DNA of 64,000 nucleotides from Mobula hypostoma. Lineage: Eukaryota. The notes under the pieces are model-generated. The model had not been told where the DNA came from. It saw nothing but the letters and a program-made list of their open reading frames with translations, and ran no database searches. Shown here piece by piece: positions 49,220 to 62,064 of the stretch. How positions within the stretch are numbered: the first letter of the stretch is position 1; each line of letters begins with the position of its first letter. The DNA is taken from positions 104,286,001 to 104,350,000 of the forward strand of contig NC_086097.1 in the NCBI RefSeq assembly GCF_963921235.1, given 5' to 3'. The position numbers and the translations under genes are program-made.

Positions 49220-50180
49220 ATAGTTCAAAGTAAATTTATTATCAAAGTACATGTATATCACTATATACAACTCTGAAATTCATTTTTTGCAGGCATACTG
49301 AGTAAATCAATGAAAGACCACCAATGTGCAAAAGAGAACAAGCTGCAAATACAAAGAAGAAAGAAATAATACTCATGAATAAATAAGCAATGGATATGGA
49401 GAATGACCTGAGTGTTAGTGATCCTTGCAGGCATTCACAGTAGATACAAAGAAACATAATAGAACCACTGAAAAACTACACACAAGCAAAGACAAAGAAC
49501 CAATGTGCAAAAGAAGGCAAACTCTGCAACTACAAAAAATAACAAGTAATAATAACAATAATTTTTTTTAATATTGAGAACAAGAGTTGTAGAGTCCTTG
49601 AAAGTGAGTCCACAGGTTGACGATTTAGTTCAGTGTTGAGTGAAGTTACCCACGCTGGTTCAGGAGTTTGATAGTTGAAGGGCAATAACTGTTACTGAAC
49701 CTGCTGGAGTGGGTCATGAAGCTTCTGTACCACCTTCCACATGGCTGCAGTGAGAAGAGAGCGTGACCTGGATGGTGGGGTCTTTGGTGATGGACACTGC
49801 TTTCTTGTGGGAGCACCTCTTGTGTATGTGCTCAGTTTTTGGGAGGGCTTTTCCCACGATGGTCTGGGCTGTATCCACTATCTTTTAAAGGCTTTTCCAT
49901 TTTTGGGCATTATTGTTTCCATACCAAAACCTAATGCAAGCAGTCAGGATACTCAACATTACACATCAAAACAAGTTTGTCAAAGTTTTAGGTCACATCC
50001 TGAATCTGAGCAAACTTCTGGAGAAGTAGAGGCACTGCTACGCCTTCTGTGTAATTGCTGGTCCCAGGACAGATTCTCCAAAATCATAACTCCAACGAAT
50101 TTAAAGCTACTGTCCCCCTCCAACTTTGATCCCCTGATGAGGACTGGCTCATTGACTGGTTCCTCCTCCTGTCATCAATA
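49220..50180 (-). mobile_element. Rex1/L2-like LINE 3' fragments
   Basis: Resembles, in reverse, the + strand 3' ends at 57560-58000 and 61450-61850; partly duplicated UTR. Confidence 0.6.
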
Positions 50181-52866
50181 ATCAGCTGTTTGGTTTTGCT
50201 TTTGGATTTAGAGGTTGATGTGTTTATTACGCTTTTGGGGTTTTTTTGTACAGGGGGGAGGAATGCGGGGGTTGATGATGTGCCATGATCCCAGTGCAGG
50301 TTGATAGGAGTAGGCAGTTTAGATGGTTTGGTATGGGCCAAGTTGCCTGTTACTGTGCTGTACTTTTCTGTGTCGTGTATCACCAAGGCTCCCAACATAT
50401 TTGACTGCTGGTAAGCTACTATCAGAAATACCTGCAAAGACCCATAGTAAGGCAATTGTTTGGTAAAGTTGCTGTTAGTGGGATGGATTGAAGTTTGTCT
50501 TTAGATTCTCGGGGTGTTGGTTTAACAGTATGGAAAAATGAGGATAGAGTAAAAGTAAAAAAGAGTGCAGGCGAGATTGCAAAAGTTTCCAGAATAAATG
50601 AAAAAAACAAAGCTTATAAAGGAATAAGAATGTAACTTCCAGGATCATGGAGTCAAAAATGAAATGGGTGATGAATACACGAGTGAAGGTGTTATATTTG
50701 AATCCACATATTGTACAGAATAAGTAGATGATCTTGTTGCACAGTTAGAATTTGGCAGGTATGATGCTGTGGCTGAAAGAAGATTACAGTCAGGTAGGAA
50801 GAAGGGGTGGGTGGCTCTGTTGGTTTAAAACAAATCAAATGCTTACACAGAAGTGACAGAGGATCAGAATATGTAGAATCCTTGTGAGTAGAGTTAAGAC
50901 ACTTCAAAGGTAAAATGATTCTGATAAGAGTTACACAGTAGCCAGGATGTGGGGTAGGATGCGAGATAGAAAAGACCTGTAAAAAAGGCAATGTTGCATT
51001 AGTCTTGAGGGATTTAAATTTGCCGTTTGATTGGGGAAAATCAGGTTGGTGCTTAATCACGAAAGAAAGAATTTGTCAAATACCTACAAGATGGGTTTTT
51101 AAAGCAGCTTATGGTTGGGCCCACCAAGGAAGAGGCAATTCTGGATTGGGTGCTGTGTAATGAACCAGATTTGATTGGGGACCTTAAGGTAACAAAACCC
51201 ATAGTAAGGCAGTGTTCATAATTTGCTAGAAGGAGAAGAAAATTCAGATGTACGGTACTGTAGTAATTTTATGTATTGCACTGTACTGCCTCAAAAAAAT
51301 GTTCTTCATGTGGGTGATGATAAACCTGATTCTGATATGGGCCTCAGCTGAGAGTGGGAAGAAGGCAGGGAGAAAGGATGGTTGGGTGAAGGGCATGGAG
51401 TGGGAATCACCAGAGAGACATTCTGTAATTATCAATAAAGCAATTGTTTGAATCAGTTACCTTGCCTGGTGTCTCAGTGCTGGGTGTATCTGCACATGGC
51501 ACCCCACACCTCCCTGCCCCGGCACTCCTTCTCTACCACTTGTCCCACACTCCTCCTGCAGCACTACAACCTTGCCAGTACCAATATCCTTTGCTCTACT
51601 AGATTTACAGACTCACTCTCCGCTCCATGTTGACAAATACAGTTCTGTGCAAAAGTCCCAGGCACACTTACAGTATATGGTTAGGATGCCTTTTGCACAG
51701 CACTGTATCAGTACAGTAGAATAAAGGGAATGACAGAGGCATGAGAGAAGAGCTGACCAAAGTTAGTTGCAAGGGGATACTAGGGATGATGTCAAGGGAA
51801 GTCACAGATGGAATAAAAGCAAAATAAAGGGATATAATATAGCAAAAATTAGTGGGAAGCTAGAGGATTCAAATTCAAGTTGAACGGTCATTCAAATATA
51901 CATGAACACCCATGAATATAGCTTAACGAAACGGTGTTACTCCTGGGCCAAGGTACTAAGCACTTTATCAACAGCGTAAGGCATCTAGTGCTCATATAAG
52001 ATAGCAAACACATGCAATCACACAAAAAAATATAGTCCATGATCCTGAGTCCATGAATGTTACAGTAGTTTGCAGTTCCCATTCCAACCTCACTCCTTCC
52101 GAACGCTCTGCTGTCCACTCCCTTCGCACTAATCTTAACCTTACTATAAAACCAATCAATAAGGGGGGCGCTGTTGTACTCTGGCATACTGACCTCTACC
52201 TTGCTGAGGCACAGCGACAACTCGCGGATACCTCTTCTTATTTACCCCTCGATCTTGACCCCACTAAGGAGCACCAGGCCATTGTCTCCCACACCATCAC
52301 CAACTTTATCCGCTCGGGGATCTCCCATCCACTGCTACCAACCTTATAGTTCCCACATCCCGCACTTCCCGTTTCTACCTCCTACCAAGATCCACAAACC
52401 TGCCTGTCCGGGTAGACCCATTGTCTCAGCTTGCTCCTGCCCCACCAAACTCATTTCTGCATACCTCGACACTGTTTTATCCCCCCATGTTCAATCCCTT
52501 CCCACCTATGTTCATGACACTTCTCACGCTCTGGATTTTTTCAATGATTTTAAGTTCCCTGGCCCCCACCGCTTTATTGGATGTCCAGTCCCCACCAGGA
52601 AGGTCTCAAAGCTCTCCGCTTCATTTTGGATTCCAGACCTAACCAGTTTCCCTCTACCACCACTCTCCTCCGTCTAGCAGAATTAGTCCTTACTCTTAAT
52701 AATTTCTCCTTTGGCTCCTCCCACTTCCTCCAAACTGAAGGTGTAGCCATGGGCACCCATATGGGTCCCAGCTATGTCTGCCTTTATATTGGCTTTGTGG
52801 AACAATCCATGTTCCAAGGCGATACTGGTATCTGTCCCCCCCCCCCCACTTCTCCTTCGCTACATC

Positions 52867-53524
52867 AGTTCAGTTCAGTTTTCGTTTATTGTCATTTAGA
52901 AATGCATGCATTAAAAAATGATACAACGTTCCTCCAGAATGATATCACAAGAAAACACAGGACAAACCAAAACTAAAACTGACAAAACCACATAATTATA
53001 ACATATAGTTACAACAGTGCAAAGCAATACCATACTTTGATAAAGAGCAGACCATGGGCACAGTAAAAAAAAAGTCTCAAAGTCCCGATAGACTCATCAT
53101 CCCATGCAGGCGGCAGAAGGGAGGAACTCTCCCTGCCATGAACCTCCAAGTGCCGCCAACTGGCTGATGCAGCACCATTAGAAGCACCTGACCACAGCGG
53201 ACTCTGAGTCCGTCCGAAAACTTTGAGCCTCCAACCAGCCCCTCCGACACAGCCTCTCTGAGCACCATCCTCTGCCGAGCGCTTCGACTCCGTCCGGGCC
53301 GCCGAGCAACAAGCAAAACCGAGGACTCGGGGCCTTCCCCTCCGGAGATTCTGGACCACACAGTAGCAGCAGCAGCGAAGCAGGCATTTCAGAAGTTTCA
53401 CCAGATGTTCCTCTGTGCTATCACGTCCGTCTCCATCAAATCAGGATTGTGTACAGCATCCTACTTGACAAATAACAGACATCACCACTGGAGTGGCCAC
53501 TGCGAGCTGCGTCGCGCCGCCATC
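52867..53524 (-). mobile_element. Non-autonomous ~660-bp retroelement inserted in the Penelope RT active-site codons
   Basis: Minus-strand head GATGGCGGCGCGACGCAGC; tail AATGACAATAAACGAAAACTGAACTGAACT; CATC at both junctions. Confidence 0.85.
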
Positions 53525-54617
53525 GATGACTGTATTGACGCTGCTTCCTGCACGCATGCTGAGCTCGTTGACTTCATTAACTTTGCCTCCAACTTTCACC
53601 CTGCTCTCAAGTTTACCTGGTCCATTTCTGACACCTCCCTCCCCTTTCTTGATCTTTCTGTCTCTATCTCTGGAGACAGCTTATCTACTGATGTCTACTA
53701 TAAGCCTACGGACTCTCACAGCTACCTGGACTATTCTTCTTCCCACCCTGCCTCTTGCAAAAATGCCATCCCCTTCCTGCAATTCCTCCGTCTCTGCCGC
53801 ATCTGTTCTAGGACAAAGGAGATGTCCTCCTTTTTTAAAGAAAGGGGCTTCCCTTCCTCCACCATCAACTCTGCTCTCAAACGCATCTCTCCCATTTCAC
53901 GCACATCTGCTCTCACCCCATCCTCCCGCCACCCCACTAGGAATAGGGTTCCCCTTGTCCTCATCTACCACCCCACCAGCCTCCAGGTCCAACATATAAT
54001 TCTCCGTAACTTCCGCCACCTCCAACAGGATCCCACCACTAAGCACATCTTTCCCTCCTCCCCACTTTCTGCTTTCCGCAGTGATCGCTCTCTATGTGAC
54101 TCCCTTGTCCATTTGTCCCCTTGATCCCTTCCCACTGATCTCCCTCCTGGCACTTATCCTTGCAAGCAGAACAAGTGCCACACATGCCCTTACACTTCCT
54201 CCCTCACCACCATTCAGGGCCCCAGACAGTTCTCCCAGGTGAGGCGACACTTCACCTGTGAGTCGGCTGGGGTGATATACTGCGTCCGGTGCTCTCGATG
54301 TGGCCTTCTATATATTGGCGGGACCCAACGCAGTCTGGGAGACCGTTTTGCTGAACACCTACAGTCTGTTCGCCAGAATAAGCAGGATCTTCCAGTGGCC
54401 ACACATTTTAATTCCACGTTCCATTTCCATTCTGATATGTCTATCCACAGCCTCCTCTACTGTCGAGATGAAGCCACACTCAGGTTGGAGGAACAACACC
54501 TTATATTCCATCTGGGTAGCCTCCAACCTTATGGCATGAACATTGACTTCTCTAACTTCCTTTAATGCCCCACCTCCCCTTTGTACCCCATCCCTTATTT
54601 ATTTATTTATTATTATT

Positions 54618-54622
<5 letters not shown>

Positions 54623-54670
<48 letters not shown>

Positions 54671-54740
54671 TCTCACTCTCTCTCACTCTCTCTCACTCTC
54701 TCTCACTCTCTCTCACTCTCTCTCTCTCTCTCACTCTCAC
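54623..54740. repeat. (CT)n grading into a (CTCTCTCTCA)n-type microsatellite
   Basis: Seen directly inside the Penelope 3' UTR. Confidence 0.95.
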
Positions 54741-54950
54741 TATAACTCCTTGCCCATCCTCTGGGCTCCCCTCCCCCTTTCTTTCTCCCTAGGCCTCCCG
54801 TCCCATGACCCTCTCCCTTCTCCAGCCTTGTATCCCTTTTGCCAAACAACTTTCCAGCTCTTAGCTCCATCCCTCCCCTTCCTGTCTTCTCTTATCATTT
54901 TGGATCTCCCCCTCCCACTTTCAAATCTCTTACTATCTCTACTTTCAGTT

Positions 54951-54986
54951 AGTCCTGACGAAGGGTCTCGGCCCGAAACGTTGACT
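54951..54986 (+). ncRNA. Minimal type-I hammerhead ribozyme motif
   Basis: AGUC-CUGACGA-A-GGGucucggCCC-GAAAC-GUU-GACU; the cleavage triplet is GUU rather than GUC. Confidence 0.7.
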
Positions 54987-55852
54987 GTATCTCTTCCTAT
55001 AGATGCTGCCTGGCCTGCTGCGTTCACCAGCACTTTTTGTGTGTGTTGCTTGAATTTCCAGCATCTGCAGATTTTCCTCGTGTTTGCACATAATACTTGT
55101 CTTCTGCTAAATGAACACTGGGGAGCAGCACTGACTCCCGCTTGGATGCAGCTTCACACTTCACCCAGCATTCCAATGGAGTGCAACGACTCCAAAGCCT
55201 CTCTCCTGGGCAGCTGCAAACAGGTGACACCATCGCCCGAGGCCCATTCCTCACCACAACTAAGGTAATGCAGCTCCCCTGTACCAATACGTCAGTGAAT
55301 TAGACTTGCAGCATACCACATCAAAAATGTCCAACAGGGTTTTGCGATCACAAGAAAAGCAACTGAGACAATCACATGCTGTTAGACTGCACACTGCCTT
55401 AACGCACCAACCTCTTTGACGCAGGCAGCAGCACGATCTGCACGAAGCCCAACTCTCCCACCAACAAGCAATCCTCTGATGGGTAGTGTTGCAGCTCTCT
55501 CTGTGATTATAAAAAGTACATTTGCAAAAGACAGTAACACCTCTGTTTGGCCCCAAAGAAGCTGCTGTGTACTGCCATCTTATAGGATTGGAAAGCTTCT
55601 AAAAACCAAAAAAAGGCAACTAAAAAACGCAAAAAGGAGAGAAAAGATGAAAGCTACCCAATAATAGAGGATGCCAGAAGTTTTTATCAGATATATGGAG
55701 TAAAAGAGAGGCCAGAGTGGATGTAGAATCACTAGAAAATGACACTGAAGAGGTAATGAGGGACAGAGAGATGGTGAACAAAGTTAATAAGTGTTTATGT
55801 CATTCTTCACTGAAAGACACCAGGAGTATGCCAAAAATTTGAGTGTTGGGGC

Positions 55853-56464
55853 GGGAGGAGAGAGAGCAGCGCGCTGTGCGTGCGCAGCCCTCCAGTGAAA
55901 AATGATATCATATCCGTTAAATAGGGGCCATGGACAATTCTGATTTGATGGAGACGGACGTGAAAGCACAGAGGAACATCTGGAAAAATTTCTGAAACGC
56001 TCGTTCGCTGCTGTCGTTACTGCACGGTCGGGAATCTTTTGGAGGGAAGGCCTCAAAATCCCCAGCTTTGCCTGCTGTTAGCGACCGAGACAGAGGTCGA
56101 ATCGTTGGGATAGAGATGGCGCTCAGTACTCGGTGTCAGAGAGCTAATCAAAGCTTGAACTTTTCGGATGACTCAGAGTCGGACCGTGGTCGGGTATGGC
56201 AGGGAGAGTTTTTCTTCCTTCTCCCGTCTGCGTGAGATGTGGGACATCTGAGAGACTTTGAACTGTGCTCATGGACTTCTTCATCAAGTTATGGTATTGT
56301 TGCACTGTTGTAACTATATGTTATAATTATGTGGTTTTGTTAGTTTTTTCCAGTCTTGGTCTGTCCTGTGTTTTGTGATAGCACACCGGAGGAAATATTG
56401 TATCATTTCTTAATGCATGTATTACTAAATGACAATAAAAGAGGACTGCGTGTCTTCATAATCT
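55853..56464 (+). mobile_element. Non-autonomous ~610-bp retroelement, same family as 38573-39237
   Basis: Starts GGGAGGAGAG; shares ACAATTCTGATTTGATGGAGACGGA and the 3' AATGACAATAAAAGAGGACTG..ATAATCTAA; interrupts CR1. Confidence 0.8.
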
Positions 56465-56619
56465 AAAAGTGAGTGTAGTTCTTATTACTGAGGAGAAGGT
56501 ACTTAGGAAGCTGCAAGGTAGATAAGTCACCTGGACCAGATTCGAAGAGTGTGTGGAGGCATTAGTGGTGAGATTTCAAAAAGATTTTGGAATTGTTCTG
56601 AATTTACTGAATGGACTGA

Positions 56620-59600
56620 ACTCTGATTTGGAAAAGACAAAAAGTAGAGGTGTGTGTTTCATGATAAACACTCGGTGGTATTCCGATGTGGCAGATTTGT
56701 TGAGCTTGTGTACCCCTAACTTTGAGCACCTAATGGTCAAATGCCATCCATTCTAATTTACCTGGGGAGTTCTCCATAATCCTGGTCACAGTTTACATAA
56801 TATGAGCAGCTGACTATAATCAAGTGCTTGAGATACTGCATAGTGCTGCCTCCAAACAAGAAACAGTCCATTCTGATTCATTTCAAATCATAGTCTTCCA
56901 CCAGGATCTTCCACCAAGCTTGTTTGAAGAAAGCACTGACCAATTACGCATCAGCGGTCCCAACACACTAGACCACTGTTATACTGAGATAAGAAATGCA
57001 TTTCATTACATTGGATCACTTGTCTGTTCTCCTCCTACCTGTGTATAGGCAGAGGCTAAAGGGCAAGGCTCCAGAGGTTCGGACAACCAAGGGGTTGTCT
57101 GCAAGACTGGGGAGCTGATTATTGACTAAGAGAAGGAAATCAGAAGTCTGTGAGTCAGTTCTTATTGGAGGATTAGAGGTAGAGAGGGTCAGAAACTTTT
57201 AATTACTTAGTGTTATTGTTTCAGGGAATCTGTCCTGTCCTCAGCATGTAAATGGAATTATGGAGAAAGTACAGCAATGCCTCTACTTCCTTAGGAGTTT
57301 GCGGAGATTTGGCATGACATCTAAAACTTTGATAAACTTCTATTAATGTGTGGTGGAGAGTATATTGACTGGTTGCATCACAGCCTGATATGGAAACACC
57401 AATCCCCTTGAATGGAAAATCCTACAAAATGTAGTGGATATGGCCCAGTCCATCACAGGAAAAGCCCTCACAACATTGTGCGCCAAAGGGCCTGTAATGT
57501 GCTGAAGATTTCTATGTATGTTGCTATGATTTAACCATTGAGCACATCTACATGAAATGCTGTTGCAGGAAAGCAGCATCAGGGACCCCCACCACCCAGG
57601 ATATGCTCCCCTCTCACTTTTGCCATCAGGAGGAAGGTATGGGAGCCTCAGGATTCACATCATGAGGTTCAGGAACAGTTATTACCCCTCAACCATCAGG
57701 CTCCTGAACCAAAGCGATATAACTTCACTTGCCCCATCATTGAAATGTTCCCACAGCCAACAGACTCACTTTCAAGGACTCTTGTTCTCTATATTTTTTG
57801 CTTATTTATTATTATCATTTGTGTCTTTTTGTATTTGCAGTTTGTTGTCTCCTGAACTTGGTTTGAACGCCCTAGTTGGGTGGTCTTTCATTGATTCTGA
57901 TGCAGGTTATCATTCTATAGATTTATTGAGTATGCCCACAAGAAAATGAATCTCAGGGTTGTATGTGGTGACATATGTGTACTTTCATAATTTTACTTTG
58001 AAGTTTGAGTCCATTATGACTATTAATTGACTAGTGGAGTTCTGAGGGGCTGATTTTGGGTCTCTTATTTTCACGTTATATGTCAATAATTTGAATTATG
58101 GAATTGACGGCTTTGTGGTCAAGTTTGTGGATAATATAAAGATAGGTGGAGAAGCGAGTAGAGTTGGAAGCAAGAAGTCTGCAAGAAGCACTTGTACAGA
58201 TTAGGAGAATGGGCAAAGAAGTGGCAGATGGAATATAGTGCAGGGAAGTGCACCTTGGTAGAAGGAATAAACGTGGACTATTTTCTAAACGAGTATAAAA
58301 TTGATCATTTGCAGGTTGAGTCAGTGACAATCATACCAATGCCCAAGAAAAGCAGGATGAGATGCCACTGGGCACTCACATCTACTGTAATGAAGTGCTT
58401 TAAAAGGTTGGTCATGGCTAGAATCAACCCCTGCCAAAGCAAGGACCTGGGCCCGCTACAATTTGACTATCACACAGTAGGTCTACAGCAGATGCAATCT
58501 CACCAGCCTTGGATCACCTGGACAACAGCAATACCTATGTCAGGCTACTGTTTGTTGATTACAGCTCAGCATTTAATACAATCAACATTTCTCAGTTCTC
58601 ATCAACAAGCTCCAAACCTGGGCCTCTATACCTCCCTATGCAACTGTATCCTTGCCTTCCTCACTGGGAAGCCACAGTCAGTGCAGATCAGAAATAACAT
58701 CATCTCCTTGTTGGCAATCAACAACTGTTGCACCTCAAAAGATGTGTGCTTAGCCAACTGCTCTACTCTTTCAACACCCACAGTTGTGTGGCTAGGCATA
58801 GCTCAAATGCCATCTATAGGTTTGCCAACGACCAGCTATTGTTGGCAGAATTTCAAATGGTGACAAAGGGGCATACAGAGGCTAGATAGATCAGCTGGTT
58901 AAGTGGTTTCACACAACAACCTTGCACTTGGTGTCAGTAAGGCCAAGGAATTGATTGTGGGCTTCAGGAAGGGGAAGTCAAGGGAGCAAACACCAGTCCT
59001 CATCAAGGGATCAGCAGTGGAAAGGGCGAGTAGTTGCAAGTTCCTGGGTGTCAATATCTTTGTGATCCAGGACCCAATAGATTGATGCAGTTACAAAAAA
59101 GGCACAACAATGGCTATATTTCATTATGAGTTTGACGACATTTGGTATGTCACCAAAGACCCTCGCAGGTGTACCATGCAGTGCATTCTAACTCTCACTG
59201 TCTGGTATGGAGGGACCTGTGCACAGGATTGGAAAAAGCTGCAGAAAGTTGTAAGCTCAGCCAGCTCCATCATGGGTACTAGCCCCTCCAGCATTCAGGA
59301 CACCATTAAAAGATGATGCCTCAAAGAGGCGGCATACTTCATTAAGGACCCCTATCACTGAGGACATGCCCTTGCTATCATCAAGGAGGAGGTACAAGAG
59401 CCTGAAGAGATACAATCAATATTTCAGGGACAGCTTCTTGCCCTCTGCCATCAGATTTCTGAATGGACAATGAACCTATGAACACTATCTCACTATTTTC
59501 TGCTCTTTTTTGGCATTCCTCATTTAATTATTTTTATATTATACTTATTGTAATTTATAGCTTTTTTGTTATTAAGTATTACAACGTACTGCTGCCACAG

Positions 59601-61855
59601 AACAACAAATTTCACTACTTATGCTAGTGACCTGATTCTGATAAGGAACAAAAATGCTATGTTGGCATTAATTTATAGCGTACTGGAATATAAAAGCAAG
59701 GCTATAAAGTTAAGGCTTTATAAGGAATTGGTCGGACGACCCTTGGAGAATTGTGTGCAGTTTTGGGCTAGGTACAGAGGGTACAGCCTCAGAACACAAC
59801 ACTGTTCCTTTGGAACAAAATGAGGAATTTCTTTAGCCAGAGAATGGTCAGACTATGGAATTCACTGCCAAGATGGATGTGAAAGCCACGTCATTATGTA
59901 TATTTAAAGCAGAAATTGATAGGTTCTTAATTCGTAAAGGCTTCAAAAGTTTATGGGTAGAAGGAGAATGGGGTTGTGAAGGATATTAAATCAGTATGAC
60001 GTAATGGTGGAACAGACTCGATGGGATGATAGCCTAATTCTGCTCCTATGTCTGAAAATGATTTGTGGGCTGCCTTCAAGAGTGAGTCCAAGGAAAGAAT
60101 CCGGCCTGGATGGAGTTTCTGGCCGAGTACTGAAGACCTGTGCTGACCAACTGGGTGGTGTGTTCACAGATATCTTCAACCTCTTGCTATGTAGTGTGTG
60201 ATACCCATATGCTTCAAGCAGGCTTCAATCATACTGGTGCCCAAGAAGAGCGTGGTAATCTGCCTCAACGAGGAGGGAGGGGAACATCGACTCAGACCAT
60301 GAGAGGCCTGCGTCGGGCATTTTCATGCCTTACAAGGCGCAGATTGGAAGTCTGTGTGGGGCACCACTCCTCGCACAGACTAGAGCAATGTGTGATTAAG
60401 TGCCTTGCTCAAGGGCACAAACACGCTGCCACAGCTGAGGGTCGACCCAGCAACCTTGAGATCACTAGACGAACGCCTTAACCACTTGGCTACGTGCCTC
60501 AATGACTATTGCCTAATGGCACTCAAATCCACAATGAAGTGTTTTGAGAGGCTGGTGTTGAAGCCTATCAGCTCCTGAGTGGCGACTTGGATCGCTCCAC
60601 CTTGCCTACCGAAGCAACAGGTCTACAGCAGATGCTGTCTCATTGGCTCTTCGCTCAACCCTGGAATATCTGGAGAGCAAAGATGGATCTTTTGGATTAC
60701 AGCTCAGCATTTAATACCATCGTCCCCTCAAAACTAATTAGTAAACTCCAGGACTCGGGCCTCAATAACCCCTTGTGCAGTTGGATCCTGGATTTCCTCA
60801 CTTGTAGACCCCAATCAGTTCAGATTGGCAAAAACATCTCCACAATCTCTCATCAGCACAGGAGTGCCACAGGGATGTTTGCTTAGCCCCCTGCTCTGCT
60901 CACTTTATACTTATGACTGTGTGGCTAAGTACAGCTCCAATACCATATACAAGTTTGCTGATGTTGTGAGCTGTATCAAAGGGGGGTGATAAATCAGCAT
61001 ACAGGAGGGAGGTTGAAAATTTGGCTGAGTGGTGTAATAACAACAGCCTCTCACTCATTGTCAGTAGGACCAAGGCACTGATTTCAAACTTCAGGGAAAC
61101 CAGAGGTCCATGGGCCAGTACCCATCAGAGGATCAGAGGTGGAGAGGGTCAGTAACTTTAAATTCCTGAGTGTCACTATCTCAGAGGACCTGTCCTGGAC
61201 CCGTCAAATAAATATAATTGCACAAAAGCACCTTTACTTCCTCAGGAGTCTGTGGCGATTTGGCATGTCATCAAAAAGTTTGGCAGACTTGTACAGGTGT
61301 GTTGTGGAAATGTACTGACTAGTTGCATTACAGCCTGGCGTTGGAACACCAATGCCATTGAGTGGAAAATCCAGCAAAAGGTTGGATTCAGCCTTAAGTA
61401 CATCACAAGTAAAGCCCTCCCAACCATTGAGCTTCTAAATGAAACGTTGCTGTAGAAAAGCAGCATCCATCAAAAGATCCTCACCAGCCAGGCTATGCTC
61501 TTTTCCCTTTGCTGCCATCAGGTGGAAGGTACAAGAGCCTCAGGACCCGCACAACCAGGTTCAAGAACAGTTACTACCCCTCAATCATCAGGCTGTTGAA
61601 CAAAAGGGGTAACTACAGTCATTCTATTTCTAATGTTCCCACAACTGATGGTCTCACATTAAGGACTCTTTACCTTGTTATTTCATGCTCCTAATTTATT
61701 GCTATTTATTTATATTTGCATTTGCACAGTTTGTTGTTCATTGATCCTGTTTACAGTTACTGTTCTATAGATTTGCTAAGTTTCCCTGCAGGAAAAATAA
61801 TGTCAGGGTTGTACGTGGTGACTCTGATAATAAATTTTACTTTGAACTTTGAACC
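56620..61855 (+). mobile_element. Mosaic of decayed Rex1/Babar-like LINEs (about 56620-58000, 58325-59640, 60050-61855) and CR1 pieces (about 58000-58325, 59640-60050)
   Basis: [69 protein letters not shown]1 piece LGEWAKKWQMEYS. Confidence 0.75.
60272..60498 (-). mobile_element. tRNA-derived SINE with a CORE-like central domain
   Basis: Reverse complement starts GGCACGTAGCCAAGTGGTTAAGGCG (A box), then GGGTCGACCC (B-box-like), then TGTGCCCTTGAGCAAGGCACTTAA; TGCCTCAA(C/T)GA is repeated at 60261 and 60495. Confidence 0.8.
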
Positions 61856-62064
61856 ATGTCTTATAGTCTTATGATCACATAAGCAAAACAGAGAAAAGGA
61901 GACCTGCAGCTGTACCAGCGTTAGTCTTTGTAGGTGGTTGAGGGAAGTTCAGTGTCTTAAGGCATGTGGAATCCATGACTTTATTTCAGAGGGATGGAGT
62001 ACAGAACCAAAGAAGTTGCATTTAATCTTTATGAAGTTATGGACAGCACAGTTTTAGGACCTGG

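Larger units (their letters stand above)
52075..55081 (+). mobile_element. Penelope-like element (RT plus GIY-YIG), 5'-truncated
   Basis: KIHKPACPGRPIVS, GVAMGTHMGPSY, RYI|DDC, YKPTDSHSYLDYSSSHP, GVIYCVRCSRCGLLYIGGT..RFAEH; flanked by GTTTGCA (52068-52074 and 55082-55088). Confidence 0.93.
51870..55581 (-). mobile_element. Non-autonomous AAGATGGC-headed element in two halves (51870-52074 and 55082-55581)
   Basis: Minus-strand head AAGATGGCAGTACACAGCAGC at 55581; tail AATGACCGTTCAACTTGAATTTGA at 51870; AGGATT is repeated at both flanks. Confidence 0.6.
50400..56600 (+). mobile_element. Old CR1 (ORF1 end to ORF2 linker) split by several insertions
   Basis: Decayed endonuclease at 50690-51240 (GCAATTCTGGATTGGGTGCTGTGTAATGAACC); ..GCTAGAGGATT (51869) resumes as AGGATTGGAAAGC (about 55584); DKSPGPD-like sequence at 56521. 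Confidence 0.7.

Noticed and set aside
54543..55268. 241-aa ORF and a possible next NUMB exon ending at AG|GTAATG (about 55264)
   Set aside because: It runs through a microsatellite and Penelope UTR into a non-autonomous element and lacks the expected NUMB motifs (PHAIPRRHAP, RQGSFRGF).
60420..60498. tRNA gene on the minus strand
   Set aside because: No convincing acceptor stem; it continues into a CORE-like body and has flanking direct repeats, so it is a SINE head.
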